A DNA stretch of 64,000 nucleotides from Octopus bimaculoides (lineage: Eukaryota), in contig NC_068991.1 in NCBI RefSeq assembly GCF_001194135.2, positions 54,030,264 through 54,094,263 of the forward strand, in the 5' to 3' direction. Shown piece by piece: positions 12,828-25,892 of the stretch. Position numbers and translations under genes: made by a program. The notes under the pieces were generated by a model. The model saw only the letters and a list, made by a program, of their open reading frames with translations, ran no database searches and was not told the DNA's origin. Position 1 is the stretch's first letter. Each line of letters starts with the position of its first letter.

Positions 12828-13381
12828 CAGGGTGTGGTGAATAATTGTCATCTAAATTACGCAAAATTGAAAATAACACTGACAACTCATTTTAACAGAT
12901 ATATTAACCAAAATTACATAAAAATATCTTGAAATACTAAAGAGTAAATTTATTCAATAAAATCGCCATTGGCTTTGACCACGGCCTCCAGATGACTTTG
13001 GAATCTCCCGCAGCTCTTCTGAACGGTCTCCTTGTTTAAGTTGGTGAATGCTGCCATAATCCTTGCCTTCAGTTCATCTTTGGTGTTACAAGGAGTTTTG
13101 TTGGTCTTCACTCAACTGCAGCCCAAACATAATAATCAAGGGGTTTGCAGTCTGGGGAGTTAGGTGGCCAGATGTTAGGGGTGATGTGGTCGCAGGAATT
13201 GTCTGACAGCCATGACTGGATTCACCTGTTTCAGTGACATGGTGCAGAGTCCTGTTGCCAGACATAGGGTTTTCCATCAGCCCCCTCTTGACCCAGGGTC
13301 GCATTACCTCCTCCAGGCACTTGATGTAGGCCTCTGTGTTGAGTATGAGGCTGTGTTGGAAGATGAATGGACATTCAGGAC
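12828..13381 (-). mobile_element. Tc1/mariner transposase 3' fragment (maT/DD37D-like) with one TIR
   Basis: Minus-strand pieces YVWQQDSAPCH, ITPNIWPPNSPDCKPLDYYVW and KDELKARIMAAFTNLNKETV, with frameshifts. The terminus is TA|cagggtgtggtg at 12828. Confidence 0.85.
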
Positions 13382-13409
13382 ATTCATAAGGAAAAAAGTT
13401 ATAGATATA

Positions 13410-13458
13410 GTCTTACAACTGTTTCTGGGATATTATGGATATCCCTTCATCTTTGGGT
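13410..13458 (-). ncRNA. Degenerate hammerhead ribozyme motif
   Basis: Minus strand reads ...aaagATGA-a-gggatat-ccata-atatccc-a-GAAACAGTTGTA-agac. Stem II is a perfect 7 bp, but the 5' core is mutated. Confidence 0.5.
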
Positions 13459-13480
13459 CTTCTAGGTACCAATACCTCTC

Positions 13481-13481
13481 A

Positions 13482-13568
<87 letters not shown>
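13481..13568. repeat. (TA)n microsatellite
   Basis: Near-perfect TA run. Other long simple repeats: (GGT/GAT/GAG)n 4605-4745, (CAT)n 27412-27454, (TG)n 32383-32427, (TTA)n 57690-57733 and 58505-58543. Confidence 0.95.
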
Positions 13569-13570
<2 letters not shown>

Positions 13571-15365
13571 CCTAACTAACCCTCATGCTGGTGGCACATA
13601 AAAGCACCCACTACACTCTCGGAGTGGTTGGCATTAGGAAGGGCATCCAACTGTAGAAACTACCAGATCAGATTGGAGCCTGGTGCAGTCATCTGGCTCA
13701 CCAATCCCCAGTCAAACCGTCCAACCCATGCCAGCATGGAAAGCGGACGTTAAACGATAATGATGATGATGATGATGATAATGTACTGATCTGTGATAGA
13801 AAATTCAACAAAAAAAGTATTCCAACTGGTGAGAGATAAATATTATTTATTCAAAGGTCACAATATATGTATTAAAGCGATACTAACGGCTTCATATGTT
13901 GAGAGAACTCAAACATATTCTTCAGGCGTATGTGATTAAATAGGAAGTAATTGAGAAATCCACACCTTATGTGAATGGACCGCTTTTATTATTCAATTTC
14001 TTTAGTTTGTTATGATATGTGGTTTGTGCCTGAAGAATAGGTATGAGTTCTCCCAGCATATGAAACTATTGGTAGCGCTTTAATATTTGTATTGTAACCT
14101 TTAAATGAATTACACACATATATATATATATATATATATATGCGACAATGCAACAAGCTTCTTTCAGTTTCCATCTACCAAATCCACGCACAAGGCTCTG
14201 GTCAACCTGAAGCTGTAGTAGAAGACACTTGCCCAAGGTGTCACACAGTTGGACTGAACCGAGAACCATGTTGTTGGGAAGCAAACTTCTTAACACACCA
14301 CCACAGTGTCTATTCTAGAAATGAAGAAACTCATTAATAGGAAATAGAAGGTCATAGCATTGGTACTGTGGACAAAATCATACGAGTTAATGAGGAGAAT
14401 TTTCTGGGAATGTATGAAATAAAGAGCTAAAATACCTTGGCTGTGGTTATAGAAAGATATTAGTTTATTGGTTATGAATTCAGCAAAAATTGGTACTGAG
14501 CTGCAAGAATGGCAGCATGATTAAGAAGTTTGTCTTGCTTTTTACCTGAGGTGCTGCTAATAGACCCATCTTCATTAAGGAGTGGTGGATATGAAGATTC
14601 TTCAAAGTTAATAAGTGATCCACTTGGCAAGAAGCCAGGAGGCTCTGCTGCAATTTGGGAGACAAAGTTGAAGGAAAGAATGAAATCCTATCATCCATAG
14701 TGGTGTGTGTATGTGTTTTGTGGTTGTGTGTGTGTGCACGCATGTGCGTGTGTGTGGTTACAAGCCACAGTGAGAATGTTATTAATTAACAGATGCTTAT
14801 TAATTTACATAAAGGTTTAAAGTGAGATTTGATATACTAATTAAGTCAAATTAGGTGCAGGCATGGCTGCATGGTAAGAAGTTTGCTTTCCAGCCACTTG
14901 GATCTTGGTTCAGTCCCACTGAAGTGTCTTCAGCATGTGTCTTCTATTATAGCTTTGGGCCAACCAAAACCTGGTGAGTAGATTAAGTAAACAAAAACTA
15001 AAAGAAGCTTATCATATATATCTCTGTGTGTGTGTGTGTGTGTGTGTGTCTTTATGTCTGTGCTTCTCCTCCACCATCTCTTGATAACCGGTGTTGGTGT
15101 GTTTACATCCCTGTAACTGCATAGCTCAGCAAAAAAGACTGATAGAATAAGTATTAGGTTTTAAAAAAGAAAAGTACTGGGGTCGATCCATTTGATGATA
15201 ATTTTTTCAAGGCAGTACCCCAGCATGGCCATAGTCTAATGACTGAGACAAGTAAAAGATAAAAGATAAATATAAAGAAAACATAAAGTGTACATGTAGT
15301 GGAATTCAAATGATTTTAAAATTTTAAACTCCAACAAAAAAATTTTGTTAAAAAGAAATTTAACT

Positions 15366-15584
15366 AGCGCAGGAGTGGCTGTGTGGTAAGTAGCTTGTTT
15401 ACCAATCACATGGTTCCGGGTTCATTCCCACTGCGTGGCACCTTAGGCAAGTGTCTTCTACTATAGCCTCGGGCCGACCAAAGCCTTCTGAGTGGATTTG
15501 GTAAACAGAAACTGAANNNNNNNNNNNNNNNNNNNNNNNNNNNNNNNNNNNNNNNNNNNNNNNNNNNNNNNNNNNNNNNNNNNN

Positions 15585-15639
<55 letters not shown>

Positions 15640-15857
15640 GTGTGTGTATATGTTTGTGTGTCTGTGTTTGTCCCCCCAACATCGCTTGAAAACTGATGCT
15701 GGTGTGTTTATGTCCCCCGTAACTTAATGGTTCGGCAAAAGAGACTGATAGAATAAGTACTAGGCTTACAAAGAATAAGTCCTGGGGTTGATTTGCTTGA
15801 CTAAAGGCAGTGCTCCAGCATGGCCACAGTCAAATGACTGAAACAAGTAAAAGAGAG
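15366..15857 (+). mobile_element. tRNA-derived SINE family A, full length (contains an N gap)
   Basis: A-box tggctgtgtgg, B-box-like ggttcattccc, CORE-like ggcaccttaggcaagtg, central microsatellite, conserved 3' half. taact is present on both flanks. Confidence 0.85.
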
Positions 15858-15864
15858 TAACTGA

Positions 15865-16182
15865 CACTCTGTTGGTTATAACAATGAGGGTTCCAGTTGA
15901 TCCAATCAACAGAACAACCTGCTCATGAAATTAACATGCAAGTGGCTGAGTACTCCACAAACATGCATACCCTTAATGTAATTCACTGGGAGATTCAGTG
16001 TGATACAGAATATGACAAAGCTGGCCCTTTTGAATTACAGGTACAACTCCTTTTTCCCAGCTGAAGGGTCTGGAGCAGTGTGAAATGAAGCGTCTTGTCC
16101 AAGGACACAATGTGCTGCTAAGAATCAAACTCAATGACCATATGAGTATGAGGCAAGTACCCTGACCACTGAGCCACGCGCT
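15865..16182 (-). mobile_element. tRNA-derived SINE related to the copies at 41486 and 51985
   Basis: Minus-strand head gcgtggctcagtggtcaggg. It shares the 3' block gagggttccagttgatcc...aaattaacatgcaagtggctgag with those copies. Confidence 0.75.
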
Positions 16183-17049
16183 ATTCTAGGAAAATATAAT
16201 TATTTCTACTCTAGGCACAAGGCCTTGAAAATTTTGGTGGGAAGGGGTCTATTTGATTACATCGACCCCAATGTGTAACTGGTACTTATTTCATTGACCC
16301 CAAAAGGATGAAAGGCAAAGTTGACCTCAGTGGAATTTGAACTCAGAACATAGTGGCAGACGAAATACTGCTAAGCATTTTGCCTTGCGTGCTAACAATT
16401 CTGCCAACTTGCCACCTCTCAAAGAAACTATAATACAACGGTAAATATGTAAGGTATCAAGAAAGCATGCTGCATGATGTGGGTCCATTTATACTTCTTT
16501 TATCACCAGAGACTTGTTCTTAGTATTTGAATCTTTGGTTTTATTTAGTTATTAATATGTATTAACTGTTAAAGACAGGGATTGACAGAAATATGTATTC
16601 ATGATATACAAATAGCATAATAGTTAGTATTGAAGCAATCTAAGCAATTTTAGGAATGCTGGGGGGTGTGGCCTCAAAATTTTATGTGCCCTAATATAAA
16701 GGCATAAACTATAACAAAAGATCTTGTTAAAGAAAATGTAATATAATGGTAATTATAAGATGTGTCAAAAGTGAGCTGCTCTAAAAGAGGTCACATTTTA
16801 AACTTTTAGCACATTCTCGTTTACCACCTGATATATGCTCAAAGCTATGCACTGTAGCTTCTTTGAATTATGACTAGGCACCAAGTGAGAGTTTTAGCCT
16901 ATGTGACAATGGACAGACATAGAAAAAAAATACTAGATTGTCTGTGGCTAGTGTCCTTACAACAGGCAGCAATGGATAAGCTTCAAGAAACTAAATAAGA
17001 ACAATCCACCATCTTTTACATACCATCATGATAGGCTTAAATCTTGATT

Positions 17050-19400
17050 CAAATTATTGTCCTTAAACGCAACAAGTTTATGCAACAAGATTCACCTTTT
17101 TGACTCTTACATCAAAAGTATCGACCCTGATTTTATCACAATCACAAAAACATAGACACATTTTTTACTCTGCAATGGTGTTTTTAGCATGGCTGGCTAC
17201 AACTTGTTTCACAAAGATTGCACTAATTATCATGGGGGTGGTGTGATGTTCTACATTAAAAAAAACTTTTCAGAAATTCCTTGCAATGATTTGAACCAAT
17301 CACAAGAGGTATCTTTTTGTGATATACACATAAACATGTCAAAACTGTTACATGAAGTTGTTTACCACCCACCAAACTACCATCAAGATGCACAGCTTTT
17401 TGGTATCCTCAGAGCTGCACTTATGTTTTCATTGCTGGTGACTAATTGGGAAACCTTTCAGTGGCCACAACATGCAAATGATTTCCTTGATGTAGTACTG
17501 GATTCAAGCTGGTCCCAGGAAGTCACCTCCCCCACAAGAAGTAACAACACTTTGGATCTGCTCTTTACCACTACTCCTGAAACAGTTTTCAGTGACACTA
17601 CTAAGGAATCCTTTGGTGACTCTAATCAAACTATGGTCACTTCCAATCCGTTTCTTATGGGCAGAAACAAGAACCATTACCACCTCCAAACTACTTGCTT
17701 TGACTGGAACAAAGCAGACTGGAACTCTTACTGTACTGAGTTACAACACCCACACTGACTTGAATTTTATGATTCCAGAGACGTTCATGCTGCACTTAAG
17801 AAAGTTTTCAATTCAATCTGGGTCCCTTGTGAAGCATCAGTACCATGTAAATGCTTCAAAAATCCCAAAAGTGCAATTTGGGAGACAACAGTAGTCTGAT
17901 TTGCCAGGAGAGAATGTTGTGATGTTGAACAGGAATACAGACTACATAGAACAGAGGAGAATAGAAGGCACAATAGATCATCTTACCATCTCAAGCAGGT
18001 GACAAAAAGTAGTGCTTGAATTTGAATAATGTTTGGCAACTAACCCTGACAGCAAAGTGTTCTGGAAATATGTGCATTTGAAGCAGAAACTTCACTCTCC
18101 AGTTGACCCTTTTTGCAATCCCTTCACATATCAGATTACTGATGATCCCAAAGAATGCACAGAACTTATTGTTGAATGCTACGCTGGCATTTTTACTGTT
18201 GAAAGTCCAAATGTACCATCTTCATCACCTCTGACATCAAATTCTATAACATCTGTGAAATATGCACCAGCTATGCTGCTATGCCACCTCAAGAATAGGT
18301 GCAACTATGCCTCTCCTGGTCTTGGTGATGTTACTCATCTGCTTCTCAAATGCAGTAGGTTCTTTCTTTTGCACCAGCTTTCATTCTTCCAATTGTGCTT
18401 TGATAACTGTGTCACTCCAAAGCAGTGGAAAATTGCCAGCATCATTCCCCTGTTCAGAAAGGGTGATCGGAATTCACCTGTCAACTATCATTCAGTTAGT
18501 CTTACTAGCTGCATCGCCAAACTGATGGAGTTCTGTATCAGAGAAATATTCTGGAACTTCTGATGCCCTCGCAGCTTATTCAACCCTCACAATTTAGATT
18601 TATCCCTAACTCCAACCACTGTAGCTAACTCCTTGAGTTTCTTGCAGACATCACTCATGGGCGGATGTTATCTAATTCTGTGCCACACAAGCAAATTTTG
18701 AACAAGTGCACCACCATACATTATGGGAGGAAAAAATCCAGCTTCAACATACTCCCTCAGCAACACCAATCTTAAGAAGTATATTAGTGAGCATGGCCTT
18801 GAGATTATTGTCAACAGTGATTTGTGTTGGACAAACCGCATTTCTAAAATTGTCAAAAAGGTTGAGGGTATCTTAGCATCCTTCAGTAAGACCTTTGTCA
18901 GCTGCTCTCCATTTATCTATTTAAAGCAGTTTATGACTATGGTACATTCACCAGTTTGCATCACCAGCCTGGGATCCCTATCTTGCTCAGCATATCAGTC
19001 TCCTGGAAACTGTTAAGAAACATGCAACTAGATGAATATCTGCCATCAAGCATCTACCATACTTTGAACGTCTTGCTTCCCTGGGTATGGACACATTAAA
19101 GTTCCAACGTCTGGCACCTGACTTGGTAGACACTCACATCATTATCCACCATCTTTCCAACAACAACCTTGGGCACCTTTTTGAATACCATGTCTAAAAC
19201 TGTGGACATGCTAACAAAATCAAAAACCAACATGCCATCCACAACTTTTGGAAACATTTTTTCATGCTCAGAATTTCTGAAGTATGGAATAAACTACCTG
19301 CATCAGTTGTTAGCTGTTGGGAGATTACATCTTTCAAAACTTTCATGTTTCCTGAAATTTGCCAGCAGTACATCTGATGCCCTACATCCCCATTTTTTAA
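17050..19400 (+). mobile_element. CR1-clade LINE ORF2 (APE endonuclease + reverse transcriptase), pseudogenised
   Basis: Motifs LSLNATSLCNK, GYNLFHKD...GGGV, PTRSNNTLDLLFT, WKIASIIPLFRKGDRNSPVNYHSVSLTS and WNKLPASVV. Many stops and frameshifts; the RT core is deleted. Confidence 0.9.
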
Positions 19401-20159
19401 AAATGACTTATTCACTGTCACTTCCTGTGTATATTCTACATATTGTTCATGTAGTTTTGGTTACTAACGAGTTGTAGTGCACTGAAGGGTTGCATTTTGT
19501 TAATTTTATTTTCAATAACTAATGAAAGTGTCTCTACACCATTTTCCATCATTGGCACAATACTCCATCATTTTGTTTTATATTCTTTCATAATAAAAAA
19601 TACTTTACTGTAACTTTATAATGGAGTTTCTTATTAAAACCATTGAAACTGTATAGATTGCAAACTTAAGTAAGACATATAATTTTGATAAGCATGAGAG
19701 CAGGCATGGCTGTGTAGTTAAGAAGCTCATTTGGCAATCATGTGGTTTTGAGTTCAGTACAACAGTGTAGCACCTTGGGCAAGTGTCTATCATATCTCTA
19801 GGCCGAGCAATGTGAGTGAATTTGGTGGATGGAAACTGTGTAGAAGCCCATCATACACACACACACACACACATACATGTGTCTTTCTGTGTTTCCCCAT
19901 CCCACCACTTGATAACTAGTGTTAGTTTGTTTATATCTCTGTAACACTGAGGTTTGGCAAAATAAACTGGTAGAATGAGTACTAGACTTAAAACCAAAAA
20001 TAAGTACTGGAGACGATTTGTTCGATTAAAGTCCTTTGAGATAGTGCCCAGCATGGCCACATTCCAATGACTGAAACAAGTAAAAGCTAAGTTTCAACTC
20101 TTATTTTTTTTCCTTAAATCCTCAAACAAAAATAATCCTATAGATCATTTATATCAATT

Positions 20160-23100
20160 CTAACTTTTTCTTGATATAGTGATCTCAAAGACACATCGCT
20201 ACCCTTAAGGACGACAAAAAACATATACATTTTAACATAAGGTCAAAATCTCAAATTAAGACTGAGCAGAATTTCCTGACTTGCACTGATTTTATCAACT
20301 CTAGAATGATTAAAGACAAAGTTGACCCCGTGAATTCGAAATGAAAACATGAAAAGTGTAACTAAATTCCGCAATTTTATCCGACGCTTAACTACACAAT
20401 TGCCCTAAAGACACTAAATATAACTAATTATATCTAAACCACTAGAATTTGGAGTTGACGTAAAATCTTTAACCAATAATCTCCATTTTTTTGTGTTATT
20501 GTATATTAAGGCGTATTTTTCATATTCTAGCAGAGTATAGCTTACAGAAAAAAAAAATAATAAACAAAACAAATGAAATAAAAGAAGACAAAAATCAGTC
20601 AAAGTCTATGTGAATTCCAGAGTATTTCATAGTTTGTGAGGAGGAAACTTAAAATTAAGAAATATATATAGAAAACAATTATCGTCTTCGGGCAAAAATG
20701 TTCCTGAAATGGTTAATCTTTTACACCAATTGGAAAATATTTACTGCAACGTATTAAAAACAAAAGGAAAAAAGCAAAAAAACAAAAGAAAAAAAAAGCT
20801 ATCCGTTTAAGACCAAACACCTAAATATGTATTAAGTTTTTAATGTTGGCGAAACTATTCCAAGCGAAAATGTGCCAGAAGTCAAACGGAATAGAATAAA
20901 AAGTTCTCAAGTCAAAGAATAGCAGATTTTTCATTCGTAGTAAATGAATTTCTAACAGAAAGTTCTTGTTCGAAAAATTGCCAACTTTCCTGGCGTCTCT
21001 TCAAAAGTTATATTCTTCTTATAACTAGTTGAGACAGATGTTTTGAAGTTTTAAGTTTTGCCTGTTGCTGGGATGGTACGTCTATTAAATTGCAAATATC
21101 GAACAGATACGTTTAGATATTTAGCATCAAATTCTAATAATCATTATATACCGAGAGAAATAGAAATACACTAAAACATGATATCTAATGAAATATTTAA
21201 TAATGAAGAATCTTGTAAAATTCTAACGTCATTATAAGTATTAATAACTCTCAAAGAGATAAAAAGAAAAGTGTGGACTGCTGAATATGAGGATAGGTTT
21301 AGATATGGGAAAAGAGATAATTCTTGGAGAGATGTAGAGGAACTCTTTAGGTTTTAAAGAGTATTTCTAGTGTAAGTCTCTTCTGTTTGAAGAGTTCAAT
21401 AGTAAGAGGTCAACTCAAGCGGAGCTCTCTCCAACATGCTCAACAATCACTTTTCGTAAGTAAACCTTCTTCGATTATTATTCAATCATCTTGCAATTTA
21501 TATAGCATATCATCCTTCTTATTATTTACCTCGTCTTTTGCGTTGCATAAGACGATTAGTGTTCATCCAATCATTAACTTTTAATAAACTTTTGATGCTA
21601 AAATTTCTTACATCACCGTCAATTTCTCCATTACAGAATAGACACCTCTATCATATATATATATATATTTTATTTTCACAGATTTCTGTTTTACTTTATA
21701 GTTTAATCAACGTTAATGATGGTTTAATAATAATGATTATTATTGTATTATATATAGTCATTCCTTTTCTTCCTGTGTTGTATATATAATAGGCGTTACC
21801 TTATCATCGTAGTAACGCAACTAATGATGGTGATGCTGTTGTGCTGTCCCACCTTAGCCATAACTAAATACAACAGTTAAAAATCAGTGTGTATATATTC
21901 AAAATACATACTTCACAAATAAATATACCTATATATATATATGTATATATGTATACATACATACGCACACACACGAATGTATATCCAACGTAGTGTTTGT
22001 CTCTCCCCATCTTACTAAGGTTATTTGGTATCATCAGCTTCGATAGACTGATAGCCATACCCGTAATAGAATTCAAACGAATATATGGATAATATAATCA
22101 TTTATAAATATACTTTGACTGCAATTTGTCGTTTATAGTAGAAGTGTTTTGTTTTGATAAATCTCAATTTCGCAATTTATTTAAGAAATCCTACTTTATT
22201 TTAGGCTGCTATCAGTGATTTTTTTTTTTGTGATCGACTCTACATACATCTCACAGTTAATATTATCGTTGATAATCATGATTTGTTTCAATTTATTTTA
22301 ATAGAAATTACATTTTCACCTAGTGTATTTCTATTTTACGAAACTTTATTATATCGTCTCCCTCCCCCCTGCTATTAATTGTAATATTTTAAGCAAAACG
22401 CCACAAAAGTATTCGTGTATGTGTGTGTGTATACACACACACATACGTACATCTATCTACATCTAAATGTATTTGTATATATATATATATATATATATAC
22501 ATATATATATGTGTGTGTTTATGTATATCGTCGTTTCATCTTCAGAAGCAAATGTGATATCTACATTCAGTGATACAAATTAAAAATATTTTATTTGTAT
22601 AACGTTGTAGTTATTCTCTCCTCATACTCCTTAGATCTCGGTTTTTTAAAAGCATTTTATATAAACATGCACACACTCACATACATGTATATATAATTTA
22701 TGTGCGCATATATGTCTAACGAGTATATTCACTAATCGCATTCCATTATTCTGGTAACTAATTCGTCAGGATGGTTCTCTTTACACACACACACACTCTT
22801 ATACACATTGCTTACAACTAACTTACCAACGATTGCCAAACTGCACACTGCCTCATCATCAAGATACCTTACCTACTCAGATGCTACTCCAAAATTCCTA
22901 CGCATTTATAACTTAACTGTTGATGAGTGTTAAGATGCTATACACTCTGTCTGCGAATGTGTTTAATTTAATGTATTTATTTTTATTAAAATCCATTTTT
23001 GTATAATATCTAAAGCATAAAATCAGAGATTAAATTGCTTTAGCGACAATTTACCTAACTTATTTCTCCCAAGTCTGGTGGAAGATGTCTCAAACATGTA

Positions 23101-24100
23101 CAAATAGACTTAGTTATTCAATATGCTTTCAGTAATGTTAATTCTTAGAAATATCTCGACTCTGTATTAAAACCCTAACCCTACCTCTTCAAGCGTGGCT
23201 TTCTTTAAAAATTTTACTTCTTTTTTTTTTCTCCATGAAATACATTCTTCCTAAATTATTATTAAATTTGGTAATTATTTTGCTGATAATAAACAAACCA
23301 GCGGATGTTTATTTATCAAAAGAAATTTGTTTGGAATGTTTGCTATGTGACATATAACATTACATGTTTATTTAGTTATGTGTGTGTGTGTGTATGTGTA
23401 TAATAGTAACAAGACTGTCTCGATAATAATTGTGGTTGTGAGATAGAAATATTCCCTGTGTATTAATTGTTGATTTTATTTCTCCGGGTTTTTATCAAGC
23501 GTGGATTGATGTACATTCGTGACCTCTAGAACACGAGTCACGAGAAAGGTAAACAATTCGGGACAATCAAATGAAATGAAAATAACGACACAAACGAAGG
23601 AAAATATTCTAATAATAATAGTAATAATAACAGAATCAAGGTGAAAGAGCAGAGATCCTCCTCGGTTATTTTAAGTGAACTTAATTTTTTCCTCTCGGTA
23701 TATTAATCTTGTGGATCTTATTCACAAAACACATCAACCATGGAAGTGTATTCTTTGTTTACAGTTATAAAGGCCATCATGGAGTTTAATAATCTTAGGA
23801 TTAAATTTGATAAATTGAAATTGTCGGTAAATTAAATGTGATGAAGGCCGTTGTTGTTGTTGTTCATTTCCAGATCGATCTTGATTGGGCAGACTTATGA
23901 TGAAAGGCTCTCCAATTATGACCACCCTGTTTTGTTTTCAAGAGCTAACCTAACTACAACTACATTATTCAGTGCGTCTTTTTTTGCGTGTGAATTCAGG
24001 GTAATATTTTAGGTTCCCTTGTTCGTCTCTTTTTTTTGGGGGGGGGGGATTTTAAACATTTTTCACAATATACGTTACTGCTAAATGGTGTAATGTTATT
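20160..24100. promoter_or_regulatory. SINE-free, CpG-retaining island; candidate promoter / gene 5' region
   Basis: No recognisable SINE or LINE over ~4 kb and visibly more CG than the flanks (judged by eye, not counted). CRE-like TTGACGTAA at 20455-20463, CCAAT at 20473-20477, Inr-like TCAGTC at 20595-20600, and clustered splice donors. Confidence 0.4.
21073..23900 (+). CDS. Speculative spliced small ORF (58 aa), unknown function
   Basis: ATG|gtacgt (21073-21075), exon 21371-21455 ending |gtaagt, exon 23765-23826 ending |gtaaat, then exon 23874-23900 to TGA. Phases are compatible, but I recognise no homology. Confidence 0.15.
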
Positions 24101-24993
24101 GTTAAATAACAAAGTTCTAATGGATTATTCGACTGATCAATAAATACGAGCTCAGTTCTTGCATTTAACCCTTTTGTTAGCACATTTCTGTTTAACCCTT
24201 TTGTTAGCACATTTCTGCATTTGATCTCAATTAATTCTGAAAATAATGTAAGTAAAATAACGTTGTCATTATTAAGCTGATGCTTGGAGCATAACATGAA
24301 ATTTCGATGGAGAGTCTTAATTTTACATCACTCCAAAACAGAGGATTGTATAATAGAAAGACTGGAATTTTTTAAACACAAATTTGAATTCTGTAGATAT
24401 TTTCTTGTATCACTTTGTTATTCTCTTTCTCGAACTTTGGTTTATGGAATACGAAACACACCATTTTGCCATTAAAATATTTGTCTCAGTGACTTCGTAA
24501 TTGCCATAAGTTTTTAACTATTCAGTCTTGTTTTCTATTATTTTTAACTCATCAGTAATGTATATATGAGCATTGTGATTTTGGCCTATCCTCTTTACCG
24601 TGAAGGCAGCAGTGCACACATATGTTAACCCCTTAGTATGAAGGAGTATCGGGAGAATTGGGTGAGGTTTGTTGCAATTAGTGCTCAACAACAATTAACT
24701 GTATACTATGGTACCACATCGTCCGCTCTAAGTTACTTTACTTTTGTTATTACGTATGATTTCCTTCTCACTTCCAAACTCAGGCTCTTGTTAAGCACTT
24801 CCATCTCTGAGTGTTTGCTTACTGACTCATCTTTGTTTCTTATTCAACACCGAAAATACGCGAGCTGACGAGCGAGCCTCTGTCTAGTTACACACCCTGC
24901 TAGAAATAGCGACCAAATCCACCTCTGATTTCATTCCACTGCATTGAAGGTGGAAGGTCATGTTGGATGGTAGAGTCCTAGTTAGGGTATATC

Positions 24994-25078
24994 GGCGAAG
25001 GTAAAGAACATGCACACCCAATGTTTAGGATTAAGGTTACGCCGAAAACTGGTGGTGTGCATATTCTTGACCTCCGCC
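24994..25078. mobile_element. 85-bp MITE with 25-bp TIRs and perfect 9-bp TSD (Merlin- or Mutator-like)
   Basis: TSD gggtatatc at 24985-24993 and 25079-25087. TIRs ggcgaaggtaaagaacatgcacacc / ggtgtgcatattcttgacctccgcc match at 22/25. Confidence 0.8.
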
Positions 25079-25857
25079 GGGTATATCTACGTGCGTGTTA
25101 ACGTCCACTTTGCATGGGTCGGACGGAGTTTATTGAGGCAGATTTTCTATGGCCAAAATGTCCTTGTCGCCAACATCGAGCAAGGTAATATTTCCCCATG
25201 GTCACATTTTCACAGACGATTGAAAATAAGCAGTATTGCTTGTGATGGTTACACTCGTTTACAAGTACCACATAATATCAAGACAAAGGGACATAAACAC
25301 ACACTCTCTCTCTCTCTCTCTCGCGCACACACACACACACACACTCTTATTTCAGTCGTTAGACTGCGGCCATGCTAGGTGCACCGCCTTGAAGAACTTT
25401 TAGTCTAGCGAATTGCCCCCAGTACTTATTTATTTTTTAAGTCTGGTACTTATTCTATCGATTCCTTTTTGCTGAATTGCCAAGTTAGGGAGACGTAAAT
25501 ACATTAACACCGGTTGTCAGGCAGTGGTGGAGGACAAACACACACATACACACACACACACACACCTATATATNNNNNNNNNNNNNNNNNNNNNNNNNNN
25601 NNNNNNNNNNNNNNNNNNNNNNNNNNNNNNNNNNNNNNNNNNNNNNNNNNNNNNNNNNNNNNNNNNNNNNNNNATATATACACACGATGGGCTTCCCTCA
25701 GTTTCCATCTACCAGATCCACTTACAAGGCTTTGGTCAACCTGTGGCTATAGTAGAAAAAACTTGCCCAAGATGCCATGCAGTGGTGATGAACCCAGAAC
25801 CATGTGATTGGGAAGCAAACTTCTTACCACACAGGCATGCCTGGTATTATCTATATC

Positions 25858-25892
<35 letters not shown>

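Noticed and set aside
22020-22062. Possible exon LFGIISFDRLIAIP resembling the class A GPCR TM3 DRY region
   Set aside because: Only 14 codons, a weak donor, and no other GPCR helices found nearby; chance similarity is likely.
23548-23572. ggacaatca matching the miR-219 seed region (and aaggtgcatct resembling miR-18 at 59770-59782, minus strand)
   Set aside because: Only seed-length matches; the remainder of the mature sequences does not match.
23838-23960. Two RTGATGA C-box motifs suggesting a C/D snoRNA
   Set aside because: No downstream CTGA D box or terminal stem at a suitable distance.
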